NCBI RefSeq assembly: GCF_009914755.1
Contig: NC_060937.1
Source of the DNA: the human T2T-CHM13v2.0 reference genome, Homo sapiens
Direction: 5' to 3' (one strand)
DNA: 64,000 nucleotides
A model generated the notes under the pieces. It saw only the letters and a list, made by a program, of their open reading frames with translations. It did no database searches and was not told the DNA's origin. Made by a program: the position numbers and the translations under genes. This document shows positions 1 through 14,189 of this stretch, in pieces (position 1 is the first letter of the stretch; each line of letters starts with the position of its first letter).

Positions 1-469
1 CCACATTAAAGACATTTAAAAACAGAGTTTCTAATATTAACTTACAATGACTAGCATCAAGGAGAGAATAGTAGCTAGGATCACCGGCTTTAATGACGGT
101 CTTGAATTAGAGTCCTAGGTACTACCATTTACTAACTGATAACTTAGGCAAATTATAGAACTTGTCTGAATGAGTCTCCTCATCTGTAAAATGTGTTTAC
201 TTCATGGGATCAGTATGAGAATGAACAGATTAACATGGGGCAAGTGCTAATGAAATAAATACTAATTCTAGTGGAACAGAAATTTAAGTTTTACTAGATT
301 ACAAATTTGCTTCTTCCAAATTAAATACACTTAAGCTAGAGAAAATAAATTGTTATTTTAAGGAAAGTAGCACATTTCAGGTATACAAACTTATTTTAGA
401 TAAGTGACTTTTACCTGAAAGAAAACCAGGTTAATTGTAATTTCACTCTAATTCTTCAGCACAGAAATA

Positions 470-514
470 TTAGGTTGGTGCAAAAGTAATTACGGTTTTT
501 ACCATTAAAAGTAA
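470..514 (+). mobile_element. Partial MADE1 (Hsmar1-derived MITE), one terminal inverted repeat
   Basis: TA followed by TTAGGTTGGTGCAAAAGTAATTACGGTTTTTACCATTAAAAGTAA matches the Hsmar1/MADE1 TIR; second TIR absent. Confidence 0.85.
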
Positions 515-3069
515 AATATAATGTATATCTAATGCATTATTCAATACTCATATAACATTTATGTATTCACCTTTATAATCTCAAAAAAAGTATAGTGACT
601 GATCCTTGGGTATGTAACAGCACTTAGAAAATACACCTAACTTCAATTATTTCTTTAGTTACAAGAGATGAGCATGATTCTTAGCATTTATCACAATTAG
701 AGTTCTTCTCTGAATCGGTCTGAGATGAAACCAACATCCTCTGACCATCTGTTATATGACAGGCTCTGAGTTAGGTGTTTATGATCACCTAAAATTCTTA
801 CATCTTTTTCACACAAATCCACATTAGGCAAGACTTTCCTCTTCCTATTTACTTAGGATTGATAGTTGTAAATACTATTTTGAATTTTGTTGATTTTGAC
901 CTATTAACACCTTTCAGAATTCAGTCACCAAATGCACAGATGTCACACACAAACTTGCTTTCTCCCAAGTCTGCAACATCTATTAATTTGGTAGTCATCC
1001 AAGTCCTTGGTAAAAGTATTGAATAATACAGGGTCAAGAATGGAACTTCTGAAGTTCTATTATATTTAGAAAGCAGCTTCTAAAAATCCACGCAGATATA
1101 GATTCATTAGTCAAACCACCATTTCCAACTATTTAGCTACAAAGCTACCTACCTGTAGGTTCACATTTTTCTGTCTTATATTCAGACATATCACACATAT
1201 CACAAATGACTTTACAAAACGTCTGGCTAAAATCCAGCCATGTGTAAACATGCAGCCTCATAACATCTTTGTGAAGCAGGCTGGGGAATATTCTACAACT
1301 GGAAAAAGATTTTTCCTCCAGGAATGCATGGTTGCCAGTGAAATTCAGAGAAAGCAGAAACCAAATAAAATATTGTTTCTAGATTTTGTGAAAATAACAT
1401 CAGCATAGCAAACTATCTCATTTTTGAGCTAAATGTATTTTTACAATCAACAGCTGTAATTATTTTCCTTCAGAACTGAAAATGCCATTATTGATGACTT
1501 CATTAAACTGAAAATACTTATTCTTAATAATGTTCTAAGTTATATTACTTTTATTAATGATATTGAGGTAATTTATAATAGCAGTATTTTTTTTTCTTCA
1601 AAACTGCTCAAAGAGGCTGCATATGAAACTCTAAGAGTAGCAAAAAGCTCTAACAGCATATGGTTCTCCTTTTCAAAGAGGCTATTTAATAACATTTGTA
1701 TATGTAAATAAATATATATAAATGTGGGAAAACCACCAAAGCCACACACTGCTTATGTATATGGTCTGCAAAAATGAAAATGCAAGCTAGCTCTCTGGTC
1801 TGCAAATCAACCATCTTACTGCCTCTTCGAGATTTTCAAATTGGCTCACTGTGTTATATTTATTTAGCTTATACAAAGTTGGAGGTAACCAGATAGTAAA
1901 AAATACCAATAGGCCTCTTTCCAAGTGTTTACTCTTGAATAACCATAAATAGTCCATATGTGGGAAAGGGGGGTGGCTTTACTTGGCTCCAACACACCAG
2001 TTAAAAGCCAACCAGAAGTCAGGGCCTATAATAGGAGAGACCCTTTGTGAATTCATTAATCAGATTATGTGCTCAGACTTTTCTTATCAATTTGAATCAT
2101 TAAACTAGATGTAAGATTGCCATTATTGGAGTTATTAGTATACAGGTTTCCATAAACAGTAATAATGCAGTGGAATTTCTACAATGTAGACTTTATAACT
2201 GAATTAATTCCCAAAAATATGGTTGATAATTTCAGATAATTACAATCTTTTGAGGTCTAAAGATTCAGTAGTGTTAATGAACCATTCTCTAAAATAGAAA
2301 CAAGCCCACTGATGAAATGTATTAGTAAAAAAACTTAAACAAATCTGTTATATTCAAAGAAATATAAATAAAAACATTTGTAACAATACTGGGCTAGTAG
2401 CAAAAAATAAGTGTACACTTACATTTCAGCTAAAAAGCCCAGAAGTGGGAGAGTCAAAGAACACTCAGTGGGCTGCAGAAAAGGACTATCTGCCCTTCCT
2501 GGTCCTGACCACCAAAGTGTCAAGATGTCTGGGAGGATGAACCTGGGAAATGAGCTGTAAGAGTCCCTCTCTGCAAAATCAAGTCAGGAGCTAGGATGTA
2601 AATAATACAAGGGGTCCTACAAGTTGTGCCAGCCTGTGCAGCTAAAGTACTAATATCATAAAATGCAGCTAGGATAACTAAATAGCTAGCTATGACAGGA
2701 TCAGAAATCTGATTTTATATGAGCTGGATTAGTTATGTTCCTGTATTCGTCTATTACGTCTAAGTATTTGGTAAAAAAAACACTGTTTGAAAGCTCAGTC
2801 TGTCTCAGCCATGCCTAGGGGTAATGAAGGAAAGGTTTTAGGCTTGGTGTTAATTATTTTCAGGAATAATACACCATGAAAAGCAGCATACAAGCGGGAG
2901 TGGAAATCAAACCCAAGAATCCCTAGTAGGGTCAATCCTGGCTGCCTTTGTAGACTCCCATAGCCCCAAGTCTAGAGATTTCTTTTCAACAACTAAAAAT
3001 CCTAACCAAGTTTTTCTTTTAATAAAGGAGATGGCTATTCCCAACAGCATCTTATATTCAAATTCACTC

Positions 3070-3800
3070 TTTTATTGACTCAGCAAATATTTTCTGAGCA
3101 CTTACTACAAGCTATGAGAAATCTGTATCATAATCTGTACCATTAGGGTGGTTGCAATTACCTTAGATCATGCCTACATACGTAAAATGTTCAAACAATT
3201 CTCTGTAACTCATCACGTGCCAAGTGATGAAGAGAAAAGTGATGAATGCCAATAATAACTAATGTAGGAGGAATCAGTATGGGGGAGAATGGCTGAACAA
3301 AAGCTTTAAGGATGAAGGTGAACAAACTGGCTCATGAGATGAGGACAGGCTGCAATGTGGGAATAAGGTGTTTGCAGGGAAGGAAGAAGACTGCTATGTC
3401 TGGCTCTTCCACTAGATTGTATATTCCACGAGGACAGGTCAGTATTTTGCTCTGAAATGTACCACCAGCAACTAGTATAGTGCCTAGAATGTTGTGAGAA
3501 ATGAATGAGCTGGTGTGCCTGAAATGAAGAATTGAGATTAACAAGACAGGTTGTAGAAGAGACCGTGGAGGACCCTGACTATTAGATTAATCAGTCTGGA
3601 CTTGACCTCCTAGTTGAACCTTTGCAAGGCAAGCAGGGTTACTGATGTATTAACCTGGCAGTGATTGTTTCAGATTTAAGGGAGGAGAGTTGGGAGGCAG
3701 AAGTATATGATGGGGTATTCTACTAAATTAGATATGAAGAAGAGAAGTCCTAGACTCAAGAAGTGGCAGGAAAATGGAAGTAGGGGGTAGATATCAACAG
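3070..3800 (-). mobile_element. Degraded L2 fragments
   Basis: ACTCAGCAAATATTTTCTGAGCACTTACTAC resembles the reverse complement of the L2 3' end, followed by purine-rich L2-like sequence; boundaries approximate. Confidence 0.5.
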
Positions 3801-4706
3801 GTCATGGTGAAGGACCGAACCACAAATCCAAGGAGAGAGAGGAGTCCCTGCGCTTGGGTTGACAGGAGACATTTTTTCTTGTTCATGAATATTTCCTCTC
3901 TCTCCTAGAAGTTATCCGTTTTTAAGCTTCAATTATTATCACCTTTGTATGATGAAAATGGTCCAGGCCGGTATTAACATCAACTCCGGGATTGTAGAAC
4001 TCTTACCATCCTCCTCCCCTCATCTCAACTTGCCCTCTAATAAAATATCTTGTCCCATGCTAGTTATTTCTGGAGAATACCTGTTTCTTCTTAAAGATCA
4101 TCTTCTGAAAGGGAAAACAGTAAGGGGAGCGAAGGGGATTATTGAAAATGCAGAGTTAGAGTGTTTGCTGAGGAGAGTGCATTAGGGAGTTGATAGGAGA
4201 TGACTGCAAGATTTCTGAACTCTATCTTATAATCTGTGGTATAAATTATGAGTGCTGCATGGTTCCTTCTTTTCTAGATTTTAGTAGTCTGTATAGAAAA
4301 GGATAAATCCAACAATGAAGGTAATGAATGGGAAAACTGGGTATAAAATAATACCAATGAGATGATAATTTCAACATGGATGAAGGTGACCCTTGAACAG
4401 TCATTCAAGAAGTCCAAGCAGGAAGAGGCTAGTCAGCCCAAGGAAGAGTCTAGCTAGCTCAGCAAGCCTGAGATCATGTGCCAAGCCACATCGCATGCAG
4501 GAATGAAAATTAAGATAGGAAGAAAAAATACTCTGTGTATATGGGAAAATACCACAAATTACACATAAATTCTGATGTTTTGCATATAGAAACAGTAAAA
4601 CTAATCTATATATAATTTAGGTTCCAAAACAGCACAATTTTCTAAGGTTTAAGTGTTAAGAATGGAACAAAAAGGCACAAGTTAACAGAATAATTAAAAC
4701 TGATAC

Positions 4707-4906
4707 CTGAAGAATCTGGTCTCCAGCAAGAAGTCTCCCGTCTCTGGCAATGACCCCATCCCGATAGACCTCCTGGATGACAATGTTAATCAAAGGTGTT
4801 TCGTTGCCACCCACAATGCTGATTCCTAACTGAATGTAAGGATTGGACCGATGAATTTCAATCGTGGTGATTTCTCCTTCTGGTAAACTAAGTGGCTGTT
4901 GTGTGG
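4707..4906 (-). CDS. LNX2: LNX2 third coding exon (c.656-855), N-terminal part of first PDZ domain
   Basis: Acceptor TTTTAACTTGGCAG|CC and donor CTTCAG|GTATCA; 200 nt; reads [67 protein letters not shown] (PDZ fold); phase fits the preceding exon. Confidence 0.97.
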
Positions 4907-6095
4907 CTGCCAAGTTAAAAATGAGACAGACAAAAACAGATGTTAAAAAAATAAACAAACCCAACAATTTATATTCTGATTATCTTCAGGTAAGTATGTC
5001 ACATTAATACATGATTAACAGCTAAGCAGTATCACTGGATAAGAAACAAAATGACAAAATACCTGTTGTTAAGATTATCTAAAAATTTTCTCTACTAAAA
5101 CTGATCAGTAAATAATAAATAGCTACTATGTATCAGATCACTAGGGACGACACAGTGATCTGATTAAGAAATATGAAAAGAAAGTCATTCTGTCCTCATT
5201 GATGAGAGAAAATTTGGACCACGAAACAACTGTACATAATGAGAGGCAGTACAAAGGAAACACTAGCTCTGTGGCATAGAAACAGCACAGGTGTTGAGAG
5301 AGTAGCCACATCAAGCTCATAAGAAGAGGTGGGTCTTGAACGGAGACGTAGGAAATGAAGAAGGCGCATAGTTGCGGCAAGGAAAATTCAAATTTGTAGT
5401 AGAGCTTGGAAAAAGAAAATCATTTTTAAAAGGAAATATCAAGGGCCCACTACCATGATATGCCCAAGATCCATGACTACGGGCCTTCTGTTAACTTCCT
5501 AGTGGGTAACAGAGCAGTGGCTGGTACCAGAGGTGTATAACGGTGAGATGCATGGTCTTGGAGTCAAATACAAACCCAGTCATTTACTGGTTGTATAAAC
5601 TTGACCAATTAATCTCTCAAGCCTCAGTTTTCTTGTTTAAAAAAAAAACAAAAACCCAAACTTAAAATGTTACAAGCATCTAAATAGCTAATACATATAA
5701 AATGTTTAGCACAGTGCCTGACACAGAATAGCATTTAATTGTGTTGTTCTTGATGTTGACTTCTTATGACAAGAAGCAAACAAGTTTCTGAACACAGACA
5801 GTAATAACCACGCGAATGACTAGTGAGTGCACAGACTGCAACAGAAAAGGGATGGGTTAGGACCATCTGCCTCGGGGGTAAGATTTGTGATTTGTTTCTA
5901 AAATGCAAACTGTTAGAATTGTACAATGAAAAGGGTGAATGATGTATATAAATTATATCTCAATGAAGTTTCTTTTATTTCTGTTTATTTTTATTTTTTA
6001 AATTTTTCTTTAAAGATGAAAAAAGTACATGTTGGGCAAGTAGTGGGAAGAAAGGAAATAGAGATGAAATACACAAGGAGTTGCACCACACATAC

Positions 6096-6343
6096 TGTCA
6101 GCTCCAGCGCTCTCCTCAAAGGCAGGGTTGTCAAGGCCAGGCTCCTCACTCCATGTGGGAAGAGACGCTGATGTCAAGTGCCGCTCCACAGGCACTGCGC
6201 CTGTCCCCAAACAGTCTGCTTCTGGAGATAAGGTACCTGCAGGATCTAGTAGAGTGGGCCCATTTTCATTCTCAATCTCTGCTTGAGTTCTACTAGTTTT
6301 CCTTCTCTCCAGGGCAACTCTCCGATGAGAAGCTCCAGGACAT
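6096..6343 (-). CDS. LNX2: LNX2 second coding exon (c.408-655) with NPAF Numb-PTB-binding motif
   Basis: Acceptor TTCTTTTTCTAG|ATG and donor GACA|GTATGT; 248 nt open in the frame set by the upstream exon: [15 protein letters not shown]...[17 protein letters not shown]; NPAF at 6118-6129. Confidence 0.97.
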
Positions 6344-8549
6344 CTAGAAAAAGAATATCAGATGGTTTCCAGATGATTTTGAAAACAAACAAACAAATAA
6401 AATAGGGAGGGGGACTAATAGCTTCTACACAAACAGAACCAGAAGCTAGAAGTACCTATAGGCAGCACATAGTTCTGATCCTAATCTCCACTCACACTAA
6501 GTTCTTACTGCTCCATAGAGCAGATAATCAAGAACAGAAGGATTAGCATGAACAATGGTTTGGTATGTATCCAAAGAATACGTCAGTAAAAAATTGTATG
6601 CAGGTATATACTTGTCACCAGAAAACACCCTCATAGTCATCTCTGTACTGCAATAATTATTCTGAAATTCTGATCACATAACCCATTTACAGGTTAAATG
6701 GCTTAACCACAGCAGTGAAATCAGCAGTCTTCTCCCACAAGTGGTTGCGTCCTGACTTAGACCTTGATTGTGCCACCATGCTTCTACACTCTTCACAGAC
6801 ACACGACACGCTCATTAATTAGTGGGTAGTGAGACATCTGAAGCTTTACAACTTACTGCAAGGCAAAGGAAAGACCCATATAATTTATTTTATGATAGAC
6901 ATGGAAAGAAAAATATGCCTCCTAGTTTGTGAAATTAGAATTTCAATAGAATTATTGATATGCTATGTAAACTGAAGAATATATTCCAAGTACTTGGAAA
7001 CTTACATAAACACCCAGAAATCACAACCGTTAACCTGTTTGTTTTTACTTATTTAAGCAAATAAAAGGAGCCGATGGATGCTTGTTTTTAAACTTATAAT
7101 CAAGGAAACATTTAAATAAAGGCTCTATATAACAAATATTAAAAATGATGTCAAGGGGCCAGTGCCTTTCCATTGGACACCTTGATTGGACAGTGACTAA
7201 TAACCCCTAGTTTGAAGGATGGGAGGAGGACAAGAAGATTAGTGAAGGAAAGTTGGACACATATACCTGAGGCCTACCACGACTCTACGGATGCCACATG
7301 CTTTGGTTGTAATTAGCTACAGTAACGCTTGGTAGGATGGGTGATCACAGACCTTATGCCTAGGGTTGCAGACCTTCACTCAACAATATTTTTAAAACTC
7401 CAAAATTTCTAACACAACACAGAATTAAATACAATTAAAACTAAAAGCTATCGCTTAACTATAAAAGTAATATTTTCCCTCCTGAACTAAAGATTTCTTT
7501 TAAATCCTGGATTTCAAGTTCTTGAAAGGGATTCACTATGAAATATCTTTATTCACCTTTCTCTCATTTCTTGTTTGCTCTACACCTTGTTAAGAAGGGG
7601 GACAAATGGTTTTCTCCTCTGTATTGTTGTACAGCACTCCAGGGAATGCTCTCGCAAGGGCCTGACAAGTATTTTTGAAAATTAGATCATGAAAAAAATT
7701 ACTTTTGTCAAGTAAGCAGGTTTAATTCGAAATATATTTTTAAAATATTTTATTCAAAAAAAAGTTGAGGCTAAAACTAGACCATAAAAATAATATGACT
7801 GAAAAGACAGGTAAAGATTTAATTTACAAAATCACATCATACACAAATATCTACACAAGAATAGCTAGTGTTCAATGGAAAAAATGAACCAGGAACTGGA
7901 ACTTAAGAAGAAATACAGACAGATTATGTACACCTGGGAATCAGTCTAGCTAACAACTCTACACCTTCACAAACGAAATATGTAAGGCCTATCTTATAGT
8001 TATTAAACACACAAAAATAACTTTTAAAAGGAAAAGCTAAAGTTGTTAGAGAGGTAAAGTAACAAGTATACTTACAGTCCCAGTGAGACAGCAAACTGCT
8101 AACAGGAACTAAAGAAAAATATTAAAAATGACATCATGTAAAAATACAGAAAAATTATTTCACTCAGCATTAGAAGAGGAAGGCCATAGATTGAACCTTT
8201 GGGAAAACCCATATTTAAATGAGATGGACCAGCCTGAGTAGATGAAATTGAACAACTAGACAGAAGGAGATTATGAGACAAAGAGTGCAAACTTAACTAG
8301 GGAGACAAGCAGTCAACAACAAAAAGTGACCAATAGTGCAAATGGCCACAGAAAGGGCAAATAAAATAAGGACCAAAAAGTGTTGGTAGACTTGGCAATT
8401 AGAAGGTAACCTCAGAAAGAACACTTTCACTGATGAGGGCAAAAGCCCAGATTATACTACAAACATTTCTTTTAACATAATATATGCATTCTAGAAAAAC
8501 TGCAACAGGGCTTAAAGGAAAAAAAGAGTTGGGGTAGACACTCAAAACC

Positions 8550-8790
8550 GTGTATCGGGGAATGGGAAATGGCTGTTAATGGGTATTGGGTTTCTTTTAG
8601 GTATGCTGAAAATGTTCTAAAAATTGGATTGTGATGATGGTCACGTAATTCTGTGAATACACTAAATAGCACTGAATTGCACACTTTAAATAAAGTGAAT
8701 TTATTTAAAGTGGGCAATTTACAATGAATTTATAAAATAGGTGAATTTGATGATATGTGAATCTCAATAAAACTATATTTTAAAAAAAGT
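8550..8790 (+). mobile_element. Old L1 (L1M-type) 3' UTR fragment
   Basis: GGGGAATGGGAAATGGCTGTTAATGGGTATTGGGTTTCTTTT...GAAAATGTTCTAAAATTGGATTGTGATGATGG...TCTCAATAAA typical of L1MB-like 3' ends. Confidence 0.7.
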
Positions 8791-8904
8791 ATTAGGGAAT
8801 GAGTAGATCAGAGCAGACTTGGGCAGATAAAAGCTCATGAATACAGACAGCTCAGAGCCATCATCCCTCAAGCTGCAAATACTTGGAACTGAAAGAGAAA
8901 GGAA

Positions 8905-9130
8905 AAACTCAATATTTGTGGAGTGCCTAATTTGTGCCAATTACTTACGTAACAACCTTTATATACATTATTTCATTAAATCCTCACAATTACTCTGTTA
9001 TCCCCATTTAAAAATGGGAAACTTGAGACTTAACCAACTAAGCCAACATCACACAGATATTAAATTGCAGAGCCATAATCCAAACAAACTCAGATCTAAT
9101 TTCAAAGGCTTCTAGCTTCTGTTCTTTCCA
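8905..9130 (-). mobile_element. MIR SINE
   Basis: ATTTCATTAAATCCTCACAA...TATCCCCATTTAAAAATGGGAAACTTGAGACT MIR core-like. Confidence 0.65.
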
Positions 9131-11239
9131 GTGTATCATACTAAATTCATTCCTATGGTATTCTTTTTCTAGGCCTTGGGAAAATATAAATTGAATTTCT
9201 TCTAAAAACTTGTACCTAGAAACACAATCACAGAACGTTGGGGCTAGAAGGGTATTAGCGATCATTAAAAAACAGAAATCACAAAAATAAAAACCTATCC
9301 ATCTTTGGAAATGGAACATTTAAGAACACAAACTGAAATTGCACTGGGGGAGGTGACTTGGTTTATTCAGGCAGGTGACTCAGTGTAGCAGGAGACTAGT
9401 ACAGAGGATATCAAAATTAAACAAAAACAATAGAACAGAACAGCATGTGACATCTAATTAGATTGAGGTAGGCACATGCTGAGACCATACAGTGGAGCTC
9501 TGAGATGGTGGGCTGCTGAGGCAGCGCAATCTGCCATGGGCTGAGGGCTGCACCTCCTGAGGGAGGGATCTGTACATGTAGGTGTGTTTTTTAATTTTCT
9601 TAAATAAAACCAAAATGCTCTTGCAGCAGCCAAGACCCAAATAGGGATTTTTCCTTTCCTGCTGAAGGTTGTTCTTCTATTCCCACTATTCTGGCTCTCC
9701 TCCTAAGGGAAAAATTATATATAGACTAATTTGATTTATGCTACAGTGACATCATTCCCTGATAACAACTGCATATGAGCTAGTTCACACTAGGAAACAC
9801 ATGGTGCAACAACACACTATATTATTGTCAGTAATATTAGTATTAATAGTGGGGGTGGTGGTAGTGCAGTAGAAACAAAATAAAACAATGCATACTAACC
9901 ACTGCACAATGCCAGGTATTTAATGACACTGAAAGAATGTGAACACCTTAGAATCAAGAAAAATGATAAAAATAGCTAGGGAATAAACAAAAATTAATTC
10001 AAGTCATGTCAGTGAAAATGGTGAATTAAGAATATCTGAAAAGTCTCTCCTCCATAAAAGCAGTAAGAACACTGGAAGAAATTGTCAGAACCAGCCATTT
10101 CTGAAGTGTGGAAATTAGCCAAAGAATTATAGCAGTAGGGAGAACATTTGTTCAAGAAAAATGGCTGACTCTCAGTAAGAAGAGAGAGCTCTGTGGCATT
10201 TGAGTTTACCCTATTTCCATCCTCACCTCCCCAGAATATTGGAAAAGCAACAGCCCACATCACAGTGGAAATCAGGAGGCTGGCAGACACTGGAAGAGCA
10301 GACTGGAGAACCTTCAAAGCCCTATTCCCAGAGATCTGTTATTAACTGACCTGTCTATGGTTCCCCTCTTGTGTGCTTGTCTTTTTTCTTCTTTTTTTTC
10401 CCCCTATACTTGTTTCCTGTATGACTGTGTGCCTGTCTTTACTTGGCTTGACTCAGAGCTCACCCAGGGCAAACTTCCTTTTCATTGGGGGCATTTGTTA
10501 AGCATTGGTTAAAAAAAAAAAAAATCAGAGGTCATTGCTGAAGATTGTGGCTGCCTGAAGACAAATACAAGGCTAACCAGAATGTTTACAAGGAAGAGCC
10601 AGGGAATGACACGTCCACAGAGGTTCAGCTATGTTCAGGGCTGTGTGTGTAGGCTAAGGTGGAGCTGTCAGTGGCGTGAGTGTTGAGGGTGTGGCATGCC
10701 CCACCATGCACACAGAACCCCCATGGAAGACGGGGAGATTTTTTTAATCTCAGGCATTTAAAGAATTCTCTGTCCAATCATTAGCTGTCCAGTACACAAA
10801 ATGAGCAGAGACTTTACAGAATTAGTTCATAAGAGTCACGTAGCAAACAAACAAACAACAACAATAACAAGTCCTCAGGAAGGAGAAGAATCTAGTTTTC
10901 TGAGTTGCCACATTATATTATTTAAAATGTCCACTGTTCAATACAAAATTAAGAAACATGCAAAGAAACAAGTACAGCCCATTCACAGGAAAAAAAAAAA
11001 AAAAGCAGCCAACAGAAACTGTCCCTAAGGAAGCCCAGGCATTAGCTTTATCAGACAATAACTTACATCAGCTATTTTAGATATGTTCAAAGAAGTAAAG
11101 GAAACCTATCTAAAGAACTAAAGAAAAATATGAGAATGATGTCTTATCAAAAAGAAAATATCAATAAAGAAACATTAAGTCATAATAAAGAACCAAATAG
11201 AAATTCTGGGGTTAAAAAGTTTAATGAAAAAGAATGCAT

Positions 11240-11491
11240 GGCCGGGTGCTTTAATCCCAGCACTTTGGGACGCCAAGGCGGGTGGATCACTTGGGGTCAG
11301 GAGTTCAAGACCAGCCTGAACAATATGGTGAAACCCCGTCTCTACTAAAAATACAAAATTAGCCAGGTTTGGTGGCGCATGCCTGTAATCTCAGCTACTT
11401 GGGAGGCAGAAGTGGCAGTGAGCTGAAATTGCGCCATTGCACTCCAGCCTGGGGAACAAGAGCAAAACTCTGTCTCCAAAAAAACAAAACA
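11240..11491 (+). mobile_element. AluS-like element with two internal deletions
   Basis: GGCCGGG start, A-rich linker, right arm and A tail; flanking near-duplication GAAAAAGAATGCAT / GAAAAAGAATTCAC. Confidence 0.92.
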
Positions 11492-12376
11492 GAAAAAGAA
11501 TTCACTAGAAGTTCAACAGCAGAATTGAATCAGAAGAAAGAACTGGCAAACTTGCAGATAGGTTTATTGAGATCATCCAGTCTGAGGAACAGGGAAGAAA
11601 AAAAAAAAAAGAACACAGCCTCATGGTCTTGTGGGACACCATTAAGAGAATAAACGTATACATAATGAGAGTTCCAAAAGGAGAGAGAGTGAAAGGAGTA
11701 GAAAGAATATTTGAAGAAATAATGGCCAAAAATCTTCCCAAATTTGATGAAAAACATTTATCTACACATCCAAGAAGCTTAATAAACTCCAAGTAGGAAA
11801 ACCACAAGATATACACACTTAAGACACCTCATAATAAAACTGGTGAAAGCCAAAGATAAGGAATCTTGAAAACAGTAAGAGAGGAACAGCTCATCACAAG
11901 GAAAGGATCCTCAATAGTATCTGCTGATTTCTCTTCAGAAACCATGGAGACTAGAAGGCAGTGGGATGACATACTCAAAGTTCTGAGGGAAGGAGAGACA
12001 GAGAAGGGGAGAAAACTCTCAACCAGGAAGTCTATATCCAGCCGACTTCAAAAATAAAAGAGAAATTGAGACATTCCTAGGTAAAAACAAAATGTTTGTT
12101 GGTAGCATGCTTAACCTGCAAGAAACACTAAAAGAAGTCCATCAGGCTGATGTGAAAGGACACTAAACAGTAACTCAAGTTCATGTGAAAAATGAAGAGC
12201 ATCAGTACAGTACTGAATTATTTGGTTTGTAATTCTTTTACTCCTATCTGATTTAAAAGAAAAACATATAAAGCAATAATTCTGTGTTGATGGGCACATA
12301 ATGTGTGAAGATACAACTTGTACAATAATAATAGCACACAGGAGGGGAGAGAGAATGAAAGTTTTTGTATACTACT

Positions 12377-12822
12377 TGTGATGGTTAATTTTATGTGTCA
12401 ACTGAGTGGGCCATGGGGTATCCAGATTAAACATTGTTTCTGAGTGTGTCTGTGAGGCTGTTTCTAGCATGTGAATCAGTGGACTCCATAAAGTATAAAG
12501 TAGATTGCCCTCCCCAATGTGGCTGCATCATTCAATCCTTTGAGTGCCTGAAGAAAACAGAAGGTGGAGGAAGAAGAAATTCATTCCTTATTTTCCTGCC
12601 TTACTGCTTGAGTTGTGACATCTCATCTCCTGCCCTCAGACTGGGATCACTGGCTCTCCTAGTTCTCAGACCTTCTGACTGAGAAGGTCTGAATTATGCT
12701 ACTGACTTCCCTGGGTTGCCAGCGTGCAGAGAGCAGAACGTGTAATTTTTCAGACTCCTTAATCATGTCAGCCAACTCCTCATATATTGGTTCTATTTCC
12801 TTACAGATCCCTGACTAATTCA
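12377..12822 (+). mobile_element. MLT2-family (ERVL) solo LTR
   Basis: Starts TGTGATGGTTAATTTTATGTGTCAACT and ends CCCTGACTAATTCA, the characteristic MLT2 termini. Confidence 0.85.
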
Positions 12823-13501
12823 TTAGTGAAAATGAAGCTGGTATTCATTTAAAATAGACTGCTATAAACTAGGATGTTAATTGTAAGCCCCAGGGTAACC
12901 ACTAAGAAAATAATTTTAATTAAGAGAAATGACACGGGAATTAAAATAGCATATTAAAAATATTTAACACAAATGGAAGAAATGGAGGAAAAAAGAAATA
13001 AGACATATAGAAACAAACAGCAAAATGGCAAATGTAAAGCCTACCTTATCAGTAATTACATTAAATTACATGAATGAAACATCCCAATAAAAAGTCAGTG
13101 ACTGGCAGAATGGGCTACAAGAAACATAATCCAACTGTCTACAACAGACACACTTCAGATTCAAAGACATAAATAAAGCAAAAGACAGAAAAACATAACA
13201 AGATATGACAATTATAAACAGAAATTGTACCAAACAATGGCCCCAAAATACGTAAGTAAAAAATGACAAAGAGAGAAATAGACAAATCAACAATAAAGCT
13301 TTTGATACTCAACTTTCAATACTAACAGAACAACTAGACATGGAACCAGAAAATAGACCCTTTAACACTATAGACCAATTAGACCCAATAGACATATGGA
13401 GCACTCCATCCATTAACAGCAGAATTTACATTATTCCCAAGTACACACAGGACATTTTCCAAGACAGGCCATGTGCTAGGCCATTTTAAAAAAGGCCTCA
13501 A

Positions 13502-13812
13502 GGCTGGGCATGGTGGCTCACGCCTGTAATCCTAGCTCTTCGGGAGACCTAGGTGGAGGATCACCTGAGCTCAGGAGTTTGAGACAAGCCTGGTGCAATA
13601 TGGCAAGACCCCGTCTCTACTAAAAGCACAAAAAAAAAAAAAAATTAGTTGGGCATGGTGGAGTGCGCCTGTAGTCCCAGCTACTCGGATGCTGAGGCAC
13701 AAGAGTCACTTGAACCCAGCAGGTGGAGGCTGCAGTGAGCCAAGATTGCACTGCTTCACTCTAGCCTGGGTGACAGAGCGAGATGCTATCTCCAGAAAAA
13801 AAAAAAGAAAAG
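13502..13812 (+). mobile_element. Full-length Alu
   Basis: Dimeric Alu with A tail; TSD AAAGGCCTCAA on both sides. Confidence 0.95.
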
Positions 13813-14189
13813 AAAGGCCTCAATAAAATTTAAAGGATTGAACAATACACATTATGATTTCTCATTGCAATTAATTCCAAATGGATCAAAAACTGAATTA
13901 TAAGAGAGAAAACTAGAAAACTCTTAGAAGAAAACGTACATGTAAATTTTTGTGACCTTGAATTGGGCAATGTTTTCTTAGATATGACACCAAAAGCATA
14001 AGCAAACAACAATGAACTTCATAAAAATTAGATATTTGTTCTTTAAAGGATGTAGGAAAGTGAAAAGACAACTGACAGAATGGGAGAAAATATATGCAAA
14101 TCATATATCTGATAAGGGTCTAGTATCCAGAATACATAGAAAATTCTTACAACTTAGCAAAAAGACAAATAATCCAATATAAAAATGAA

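Noticed and set aside
4907-4967. Hydrophobic signal-peptide-like N-terminus of ORF 4656-4967
   Set aside because: It is the translated polypyrimidine tract upstream of the exon acceptor
11866-12057. ORF with L1 ORF1p similarity as a possible domesticated gene
   Set aside because: Short remnant within a heavily disrupted L1
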